Position numbers and translations under genes: made by a program. Of a stretch of 64,000 nucleotides of DNA, positions 56,415-64,000 are shown one piece after another (position 1 is the stretch's first letter; each line of letters begins with the position of its first letter). Source of the DNA: an uncultured Candidatus Saccharibacteria bacterium (GTDB lineage: Bacteria; Patescibacteriota; Minisyncoccia; Phycocordibacterales; CAYQYW01); contig CAYQYW010000005.1 in the NCBI GenBank assembly GCA_964421995.1, positions 2,203 through 66,202 of the forward strand. The letters are read 5' to 3'. The notes beneath the pieces were generated by a model. It made no database searches. It saw only the letters and a program-made list of their open reading frames with translations, and had not been told where the DNA came from.

Positions 56415-58988
56415 ATGGAAAGCAAGAAAATAATAATAAAAGGGGCAAAAACACATAATCTAAAGAATGTGACGGTGGAGATGCCTCGAAATAAAATGAT
56501 TGTATTTACAGGGCTCTCAGGTTCTGGTAAATCTTCATTGGCGTTTGATACGATCTTTGCGGAAGGGCAGAGAAGGTATGTGGAGTCTTTGTCAGCGTAC
56601 GCTCGACAGTTTTTGAATCAGATGCAGAAGCCAGATGTAGAGGAGACGATTGGACTTTCCCCCGCTATTTCAATAGACCAAAAGAGTAGATCAAATAATC
56701 CTCGATCAACGGTTGCGACGATTACGGAAATTTACGACTATCTGCGAATTCTCTACGCGAGAGTTGGGCAGCCCTACTGTTTAAATGATGATGTTATTAT
56801 TAAACGACTCACGAAGGAGGAAATTATTAAGATCATCATTACAAAAATTGAGAAAACTAATCTTACTACAAAAAAAGCGCTCGGTATTGAATATAGTGAT
56901 CAAAAGATTTCAATCTATGCACCTGTGGTAGTTGGAAGAAAAGGTGAATATTATCAGCTTTTGTATGACCTTCTAGGAAAGGGATTTGAGTATGTAATGG
57001 TTGACGGAAAGAAATTTGCACTTCGAGAGAAAATTACGCTTACCAAAACAAAAAAACATGACATCGATGTACTTGTTGATGAGGTGTACGTCAGTGAGTT
57101 TAAAGAGAGTAAAGAAAACACACACGAGAGACTATCAGAGGCGATTGAGTTGTCGCTGGAAGAGGCAGATGGATTGATTAAAATTGTTAATGTTGATGGA
57201 ACTGAAGAGATTCTCTCTGCCAAGTTTATTTGTCCTATTGATGGATCTTCTTTTCCTGAGATAGAACCACGACTGTTTTCCTTTAACTCGCCGTACGGGG
57301 CGTGCCCAGAATGTAATGGTTTAGGAACTGCAGGATTTTTTAACCATGAAATATGTTCGGTGTGCCATGGAGCACGCCTTCGACCTGAGGCACTACGAGT
57401 ATACATTTCAAACGATAACGGAATCGGAAAGAATGTTGTTGATCTCACCAGTCTTTCAATTAAAGATGCAAAAGATTTCATTGATACCATTGAGTTAACT
57501 GAACAACAGAAGGAAATTTCTAACGTAGTGGTGAAAGAAATACAGAATCGTCTTCAGTTTATGATTAATGTTGGAATTGAGTACCTGGCGCTTGATCGAC
57601 GTGCCAACACGCTTTCAGGTGGAGAGGCACAACGAATACGATTGGCCTCTCAACTAGGCTCTGGGTTAGTTGGAGCGATGTATATACTTGATGAGCCAAC
57701 TATTGGATTGCACCAGAAAGACAATGATCGATTAATCAAAACACTAATAACATTAAGAGATTTAGGTAACACCATTATTGTGGTGGAGCACGATGAAGAT
57801 ACTATTTTTGCAGCAGACTACCTAGTAGATATTGGACCGGGTGCAGGAGTGCATGGTGGAGAGATTGTAGTTTCCGGAGATTTAGAAAAACTACTCACTG
57901 CAAAGACAAATCCATCAAAGTCGATAACACTTGATTACCTTCGAGGAGACAAGGTAATTGAAGTTCCGAAAACTCGAAGGAGCTCAAATAAAGGTACCCT
58001 TAAAATCCGTGGCGGAAAGATATTTAATATTAAAAACATGAATATTGATGTACCGCTTGGACGACTGATAATGATTACTGGTGTGTCTGGATCAGGTAAG
58101 TCTACTTTCATGTATGAAATTTTGAATAAGAATCTCCGAGCACGATTCGATCGGAAGTATAGAACAAATAAAGTATTTAACTGCAAGCGTTTTGAGGGAA
58201 GTGAATATGTTGGAAGAACAATTTTGATTGACCAGTCTCCGATTGGAAGAACACCGCGTTCAAACCCAGCTACCTACACGGGCGCGTTTACCCACATTAG
58301 AGATTTGTTCTCTGCTACCGAAGAAGCACGAGCACGAGGGTGGAAGCCAGGCCGATTTTCTTTCAACGTGAAGGGTGGACGGTGTGAAGCATGTCAGGGT
58401 AATGGACTAATTGCAGTAGAGATGCATTTTCTACCGACGGTATACGTAACCTGTGATATTTGTAATGGAAAGCGGTTCATGAAAGAAACGCTGAGCGTGT
58501 TGTACAAAAAGAAAAGCATTCATGATGTGTTAAAGATGACTGCCGAAGAAGGGCTAGAGTTTTTCAAAGATATCCCTGCAATCTATGATCGACTGAAAAC
58601 ATTAAATGATGTTGGTCTTGGATACCTGGAGCTTGGGCAATCTGCAAAGACACTTTCTGGCGGAGAGGCACAGCGAGTGAAGATATCTTCAGAGTTATAC
58701 CGACAGCATACACAAAAAACCATCTATCTTCTTGATGAGCCAACTATTGGACTGCATTATGAGGATGTCAAAAAGTTGATTGAAATTTTACAAGAACTAG
58801 TAAATAGAGGAAATACGGTAATGGTGATTGAGCATAGTATGGACATCATTAAAAGTGCCGATTATGTTATTGATATTGGCCCAGATGGGGGAGTGAATGG
58901 TGGAACTATTGTTGCAAAGGGAACTCCAGAGGAAGTCGCGAGGACGAAGGGGTCTCATACGGCAAAATATCTAAAGAAGGTGTTATAA
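56415..58988 (+). CDS. uvrA: Excinuclease ABC subunit A
   Basis: Two ABC modules ([24 protein letters not shown] twice). Confidence 0.98.
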   Translation: MESKKIIIKGAKTHNLKNVTVEMPRNKMIVFTGLSGSGKSSLAFDTIFAEGQRRYVESLSAYARQFLNQMQKPDVEETIGLSPAISIDQKSRSNNPRSTVATITEIYDYLRILYARVGQPYCLNDDVIIKRLTKEEIIKIIITKIEKTNLTTKKALGIEYSDQKISIYAPVVVGRKGEYYQLLYDLLGKGFEYVMVDGKKFALREKITLTKTKKHDIDVLVDEVYVSEFKESKENTHERLSEAIELSLEEADGLIKIVNVDGTEEILSAKFICPIDGSSFPEIEPRLFSFNSPYGACPECNGLGTAGFFNHEICSVCHGARLRPEALRVYISNDNGIGKNVVDLTSLSIKDAKDFIDTIELTEQQKEISNVVVKEIQNRLQFMINVGIEYLALDRRANTLSGGEAQRIRLASQLGSGLVGAMYILDEPTIGLHQKDNDRLIKTLITLRDLGNTIIVVEHDEDTIFAADYLVDIGPGAGVHGGEIVVSGDLEKLLTAKTNPSKSITLDYLRGDKVIEVPKTRRSSNKGTLKIRGGKIFNIKNMNIDVPLGRLIMITGVSGSGKSTFMYEILNKNLRARFDRKYRTNKVFNCKRFEGSEYVGRTILIDQSPIGRTPRSNPATYTGAFTHIRDLFSATEEARARGWKPGRFSFNVKGGRCEACQGNGLIAVEMHFLPTVYVTCDICNGKRFMKETLSVLYKKKSIHDVLKMTAEEGLEFFKDIPAIYDRLKTLNDVGLGYLELGQSAKTLSGGEAQRVKISSELYRQHTQKTIYLLDEPTIGLHYEDVKKLIEILQELVNRGNTVMVIEHSMDIIKSADYVIDIGPDGGVNGGTIVAKGTPEEVARTKGSHTAKYLKKVL

Positions 58989-59057
58989 GCTTATGTAAAT
59001 TGTTTGACAAAAATAATCTATATGTTACATTTAGCTCTTAGTATTTAATTACATAAT

Positions 59058-59189
59058 ATGAGTATATTTGAAAGGAAAGGAAAGATGGGAGTTGGGTGTA
59101 CTCCAAAGATGGGGCACTGTGGACGTGGGCTCTATTGCAGCGTAGAAACTAGAACCTGCCAGCCAAAAAATACAAAAAGAGAAAACTAG
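59058..59189 (+). CDS. Putative 43-aa four-Cys small protein
   Basis: Manual ORF MSIFERKGKMGVGCTPKMGHCGRGLYCSVETRTCQPKNTKREN; TTGACA and TACATT upstream. Confidence 0.45.
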   Translation: MSIFERKGKMGVGCTPKMGHCGRGLYCSVETRTCQPKNTKREN

Positions 59190-59264
59190 TATCAAGGAAT
59201 TCTAAAAACTTGATTGATTAACAATACCTGCTCTAACAAGTAGGTTTTGCTATAGTATACAAGT

Positions 59265-60431
59265 ATGAAATTAGATTTACCTGACAGTCCAGGAGTGTAT
59301 TTCTTTATTGGTCCCCACAGTGAAATTCTGTACATTGGCAAGGCTACTTCATTGAAGAGTAGGGTAAAGAGCTACTTTACTACGGACATTGCGGTAAAAC
59401 GAAGCGTGCTTATCGTCCAGATGATAGAGAAGGCGATAAACGTTGAGTATAAAGAAACTGACTCTGTTTTGGAGGCGTTGCTACTAGAAGCAAATTTAAT
59501 AAAGAGACACAAACCTAAATACAATTCAATCCAGAAGGATGACAAGAGTTTTAATTACGTTGTATTCACGAAGGAGAAATACCCAAGAGTTTTAATTGTA
59601 CGAGAAAAAGATTTAGGAAATTTTAATCCAAAGTATTTGTTTGGACCCTTTCCTCATGGGGGGCAATTAAAAGAAGCATTAAAAATAATTAGAAAGATTT
59701 TCCCCTTTTTTGACACAAGAAGACCGCTTGAGGATATGAACGCACAACAACTTACCTTTAATCAGGAGATTGGATTGTATCCTAAGGAAGTGAGTGACTA
59801 CGGAAGGACCATTACTCACTTAAAATTATTCTTCGAGGGGAAAAAGAAAACACTGCTTCGGAGACTTGATAAGATCATGCTGGAGCATGCGAAGAAGCGT
59901 GAGTTTGAAATGGCGATGGTGGTAAGGAAGCAGATTTTTGCATTACATCACATACAAGATGTTTCCTTGATTAAAGAGGAAATGGCTACTCCAAAGGAGT
60001 ACTTTAGAATTGAGGCATATGATGTAGCGCATATGAGCGGGAAGAATACGGTTGGTGTAATGACGGTTGTTGAAGACGGGGAACTGAAAAAGGGAGGATA
60101 TCGGAAGTTTAAAATCTCCATTGATCAAAATAATGATATTGCCTCACTCAAAGAATTATTAGAGAGGAGGCTAAACCACGATGAGTGGGTATACCCCAAG
60201 TTGATTGTTGTAGATGGTGGAGTTGCTCATAAAAGAGTAGCTGAGTCTGTCTTGCGTAACTACGGATTAGAAATTAGTGTTGTTGCAGTAGTTAAAAATG
60301 AAAAACATAAACCAAAAGATATTCTTGGCAGAAAAGAAATAATTAAAAAGTATGATAGAGGAATATTGTTAGCAAATAGCGAGGCACATCGTTTTGCAAT
60401 TTTGTATCATCGGGCATTAAGAAATTATTAA
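59265..60431 (+). CDS. uvrC: Excinuclease ABC subunit C (short form)
   Basis: GIY-YIG PGVY..YIGKA..R, IEAYDVAH, VVDGG, EAHRFA; no HhH tail. Confidence 0.92.
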   Translation: MKLDLPDSPGVYFFIGPHSEILYIGKATSLKSRVKSYFTTDIAVKRSVLIVQMIEKAINVEYKETDSVLEALLLEANLIKRHKPKYNSIQKDDKSFNYVVFTKEKYPRVLIVREKDLGNFNPKYLFGPFPHGGQLKEALKIIRKIFPFFDTRRPLEDMNAQQLTFNQEIGLYPKEVSDYGRTITHLKLFFEGKKKTLLRRLDKIMLEHAKKREFEMAMVVRKQIFALHHIQDVSLIKEEMATPKEYFRIEAYDVAHMSGKNTVGVMTVVEDGELKKGGYRKFKISIDQNNDIASLKELLERRLNHDEWVYPKLIVVDGGVAHKRVAESVLRNYGLEISVVAVVKNEKHKPKDILGRKEIIKKYDRGILLANSEAHRFAILYHRALRNY

Positions 60432-60579
60432 TATACATACGTATATAGTTCTTTCTGTGGTTCAGACCAGGGAATCATTAATGGTAGTTTAATAGTAGGG
60501 GTCGTGCCAACATTTAAAAAACAATAATTCGGGGATAACTTCATACACAAACGTATAGCACTCCTGGTATTATTTCACT

Positions 60580-61494
60580 ATGGAAGAAGATATAAATATC
60601 TCGTCGGAACCTGCACAAAAGGAAAGCATGTTCCCGCCATTTATTCTTGTTGCATTAGTTATTGTCGGAATTATTGTAGTGATTTTTATTCTTCTGAGAT
60701 TTGATAATGGTCAATCTTCATCGTTTAATATTCCAACTGATACTAATCACGTCATTCTATATGACAACAATACACTCTATGCGTTTGAGCCTGTCTCTGG
60801 TGAGTTAAAAGAACTTGGAACTTTTTTACTTGAGGGAGGAGAAATAAATGAAGCGGCATTATCCTCTGATTTAGTAAGTATTTTGCTTTCATCAAGCGGT
60901 AGCATTTTACAGTTCACTTCGTTTACAAGTGGTGAAGTTATTGGAACAAGTGCAGGCAAAATAAAAGATATAGCAATTTCAAATAAGTTAGTCTTGTTTT
61001 CTTCAGGAGAATTAAATGATAGAAATGAACGAAGTGTGTACAAGATACAAGACAAAGAAATAGAAATATTTGATCTTGGAAGTACTCCATTTTTCCTTAA
61101 TGATGGAGCGTATGCTGCACTTGGTACCTCTGATGGGTTTAGATTATTTGATTTTGAATTTGGGGACTACCTTGATACCGAAACACCAACCATTCCGGTT
61201 GCCAGTACGATACAGCCATCTAGGTCTGGGAATAAAATTGCACTAGTGAGCACTAATAACTCAGTTCATATATACAGTGTGCTTTCTCTGCGACCACTTA
61301 GCTTACTCGAGGACTTTTTTTTAGTGATCCCAGGTGTGTATGATGCTGCGGTGTCAGATGATGGAAGGATTGCATTATTAAAACGTTTAAATGAAAGAAC
61401 ATATATATCAGTTTGGACTTCAAACAATAAAGAATTATTAAGCAAAGAATTGCCCGTGAGCAAGAATGCAAAAATGTTATTATGGAGTAAATAA
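60580..61494 (+). CDS. Membrane-anchored beta-rich hypothetical protein
   Basis: N-terminal TM followed by propeller-like repeats. Confidence 0.6.
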   Translation: MEEDINISSEPAQKESMFPPFILVALVIVGIIVVIFILLRFDNGQSSSFNIPTDTNHVILYDNNTLYAFEPVSGELKELGTFLLEGGEINEAALSSDLVSILLSSSGSILQFTSFTSGEVIGTSAGKIKDIAISNKLVLFSSGELNDRNERSVYKIQDKEIEIFDLGSTPFFLNDGAYAALGTSDGFRLFDFEFGDYLDTETPTIPVASTIQPSRSGNKIALVSTNNSVHIYSVLSLRPLSLLEDFFLVIPGVYDAAVSDDGRIALLKRLNERTYISVWTSNNKELLSKELPVSKNAKMLLWSK

Positions 61495-61495
61495 T

Positions 61496-63529
61496 ATGAA
61501 TATACGTAAAGGAAAATTTATAATCGCATTGTTTCTACTTCTATCGATGTTTGTTGCGTCCGATGCTGATGCAAGACGATCTATATTTGGTAATGGCGGT
61601 GAACCGATTTTTGCGGGAACTAGTATCACCAATCCAGAAACGACTTGCCCAGCTGGATATGATTTTTTTGAAACAGTTGATAACCCGTATTCGTTGGAGA
61701 GTTCTGGTACGGGTCCACTGTATGTTGGTTCTGGAGTTTTAATGATCTGTGTGAAAAGTGATCTGTGTGATCAATATGGTAATGGGTGGCCTCACATTGG
61801 TATAGACACCGAAGTAGATGCTCGAGTTGCGCCGTGCGGTATTGTTACTAGTACAACCGCGACACTTGTTGCAAATTCTTCGGCGATTAATGTTGGAAAT
61901 GCTTCAACACTTACCTGGGGTAGTTCTGGAGCAACAAGCTGCGCTGGTTCTGGTTTTCTAACAGGAGGAGCGTTGTCTGGAAGCGTTAGTGTTTTGCCAA
62001 ACATTACCACTACGTATTCAGTGACTTGTACTGGCTCATCGGGGTCTGCGATTGCAACTGCTCAGGTTTCGGTTTCAGCATCTCTAGATTTAGTTGCAGG
62101 AAGACCAACTTTGAAAACAGGTAATTTAAATGGAGCGGGTAAACAAGTATCGTTTGAATCAGTTATTTCTAATATGGGGGACGCACGTGCCCTAGGTGAA
62201 ATACTAAATGTATTTGAGTTAGATATTAATAATGACGGAAGCTTTGATGTGCTCCTTACTTCGGATTCTCTTTCTGATCTTGATGGCAAAAATAGCAAAA
62301 AAATATCATCAACAAATTGGACGACCGTTCTTGGCACACATTCCATTCGAGCTGTTGTGGATGTTGGTTCTGCAACAAGAAGAACTGAAGGTGAGTTGAG
62401 GACATATGCATGTCCGGCCACAACTGCGCTTTGTGGTCCATTCTGCATTCCTGAGCTTAATGATGGAGGAGGACCTAGCATAGTATGTAGTGTTCCAACG
62501 ATGATGTTGGTAGCAGACGATAGTTCAATTACTGTTGGTGAATCAACAGATATTTCTATACAGGATCCAAAGAATGAACAGTTGTGTACTGCGGTGCAAA
62601 GGGAATTAAATCCTCTTCTGTCTGGTCAGGGATCAGTAACCGTTTCTCCAATGGTTACTACAACGTATCGATTAGACTGCGAAGATGGATATGGTGGAGT
62701 ATATTCTCCGACAGTTAAGGTTGTTGTTTCTGGTCAAACTACCAGTACCTGGGAGTATTTTGATACCGACTATACAGATTTTTGGTGCCCTATAACTGAT
62801 ATAAACAACGCATATCAAAGTCTGTCGGTATGTCCAGATGATCCAGAAGGAAAGATTTGCTCTGAGCCGAGCCTATGCAAAATTAATAGCATTAATAATA
62901 GTTGTGTAATTAAGACAATACTGTATGTCTGCGACGCGGATGGTAGTACTGGTGGTTCAGGGAGTACCGGAACTACTAATCCCGGAAGTATTGTTGAAGT
63001 AAATGAATTAAATAATACAAGTTCAACATATGTATTTACAGTGGGTGAACCTCAATGTTCTGATGGTATTGATAATGATGGTGACGGAGATATTGATTAT
63101 CCAAATGATGTTTCGTGTTCAGGGGCGAGCGATTTAACTGAAGGTCTACCAACACAGTGTTCTGATGGTATTGATAACGATAGTGATGGAGATATAGATC
63201 TTGCTGATGCTGGATGTAGTTCTGCTGGAGATAATAGTGAAGCTCAATCAGCTATCTTAAATCCAACGGTAGATATTGCAACCGTACCACCTGTTGCACT
63301 GGTTAGAAAAAGAGCTCAAATAACTGTTGTTTGGACAGCACGTGATGTTAGTTCATGTGTGGTAACTGGCCCATCGGTTGCCGAATCATACAGCACGACA
63401 AGAGTTAGTGGTCAGCAACGAGTGGCGATTAATGAAAAAAGCACGTACACCATTACCTGCAATTCAGACACGGGAGTAATTAGTGACAGTGTTACTGTTG
63501 GTATTGCCCCATCATTTAAAGAGGAATAA
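61496..63529 (+). CDS. Secreted Cys/Ser/Thr-rich surface protein with Ig/CARDB-like domains and Ca-binding-like repeats
   Basis: Signal peptide, STLTW..ATSC, TTTYSVTC, two CSDGIDND.DGDID repeats. Confidence 0.75.
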   Translation: MNIRKGKFIIALFLLLSMFVASDADARRSIFGNGGEPIFAGTSITNPETTCPAGYDFFETVDNPYSLESSGTGPLYVGSGVLMICVKSDLCDQYGNGWPHIGIDTEVDARVAPCGIVTSTTATLVANSSAINVGNASTLTWGSSGATSCAGSGFLTGGALSGSVSVLPNITTTYSVTCTGSSGSAIATAQVSVSASLDLVAGRPTLKTGNLNGAGKQVSFESVISNMGDARALGEILNVFELDINNDGSFDVLLTSDSLSDLDGKNSKKISSTNWTTVLGTHSIRAVVDVGSATRRTEGELRTYACPATTALCGPFCIPELNDGGGPSIVCSVPTMMLVADDSSITVGESTDISIQDPKNEQLCTAVQRELNPLLSGQGSVTVSPMVTTTYRLDCEDGYGGVYSPTVKVVVSGQTTSTWEYFDTDYTDFWCPITDINNAYQSLSVCPDDPEGKICSEPSLCKINSINNSCVIKTILYVCDADGSTGGSGSTGTTNPGSIVEVNELNNTSSTYVFTVGEPQCSDGIDNDGDGDIDYPNDVSCSGASDLTEGLPTQCSDGIDNDSDGDIDLADAGCSSAGDNSEAQSAILNPTVDIATVPPVALVRKRAQITVVWTARDVSSCVVTGPSVAESYSTTRVSGQQRVAINEKSTYTITCNSDTGVISDSVTVGIAPSFKEE

Positions 63530-63551
63530 TCAATTGTGATATACTAAACAT

Positions 63552-64000
63552 ATGTCAAAGCATACTGTCGGTGTCTTGCGAGGTGGACCCAGTAATGAAT
63601 ACGATATCTCTCTTATGAGTGGAAGTCGGGTTCTTACTAATCTCTCCTCAGATAAATATAGTGTTCGAGACCTCTTTATTGATAAAGCAGGTGTTTGGCA
63701 CCGAAATGGAAGACCGGTGTCTCCTCAAAAAGCGTTACAGGACATTGATGTTGCTATGATCGCGCTTCATGGTGAGTATGGAGAAGATGGTAAAGTGCAG
63801 CGGCTCCTAGAAAAGTTTGGAGTGCCCTATACGGGATCTAACTCCTTCTCGTCGGTTATTGGAATGAATAAACCACTTGCCAAAGAAAAAGTTTCTATTT
63901 TAACACCACACTACAAGACGCTCGGGGTGACGAACACCTTACACAACGATGTAGTAAATTTATTTAGAAGTTTTCCTATGCCGTGCGTTATTAAACCCAC
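63552..64000 (+). CDS. ddl: D-alanine--D-alanine ligase (5' part)
   Basis: Manual translation MSKHTVGVLRGGPSNEYDISLMSG...ALHGEYGEDGKVQ...PYTGS. Confidence 0.93.
   Translation, partial: MSKHTVGVLRGGPSNEYDISLMSGSRVLTNLSSDKYSVRDLFIDKAGVWHRNGRPVSPQKALQDIDVAMIALHGEYGEDGKVQRLLEKFGVPYTGSNSFSSVIGMNKPLAKEKVSILTPHYKTLGVTNTLHNDVVNLFRSFPMPCVIKP

Noticed and set aside
57687-58751. 21-bp repeat cttgatgagccaactattgga within uvrA
   Set aside because: It encodes the LDEPTIG Walker B motif of the two ABC modules, which is expected.
836-62481. Numerous short ORFs antisense to or nested in housekeeping genes
   Set aside because: Shadow ORFs with no motifs, overlapping confident genes.
1-64000. Stop-codon reassignment (code 25), known in some CPR lineages
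   Set aside because: Long genes are intact in code 11, TGA terminates alaS and dus, and tRNA-Trp has a CCA anticodon.

Overview
This window looks like a chromosomal segment of a small-genome bacterium, most likely Patescibacteria/CPR (Parcubacteria-like), using the standard genetic code. That inference rests on the short IF2, AlaRS without C-Ala, RSH without ACT, tandem VirB2/TrbC-like pilins and tightly packed genes. The backbone is housekeeping: ftsZ/ftsA, ybeY, rpsU, lepB, pth, rpsA, gyrA, rbfA/infB, iscS, clpB, rpmG, miaA, ahpC, parB, relA/spoT, topA, nrdAB, dprA, serS, dus, dnaX, alaS, msrA, tgt, uvrB/A/C, ddl and 8 tRNAs. The main unexplained structures are five. (1) Two dissimilar NYN/LabA RNase genes, each followed by a convergent sigma70-like promoter and a hairpin over the stop codon (candidate antisense-sRNA module), and each bounded by duplicated host sequence. 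(2) An AT-rich island after tRNA-Gln, punctuated by tRNA-3'-end copies, encoding a catalytic-domain-only AlaRS paralogue, a Gfo/Idh/MocA oxidoreductase, a 2OG-Fe(II) oxygenase and a class IV aminotransferase next to alaS. (3) An exact 89-bp inverted copy of the ftsQ/dus junction. (4) A uORF-plus-terminator leader before a stand-alone Asn/AspRS-like domain. (5) Repeated loss of Zn-binding modules. All calls come from reading the sequence by eye; no searches or computations were run.
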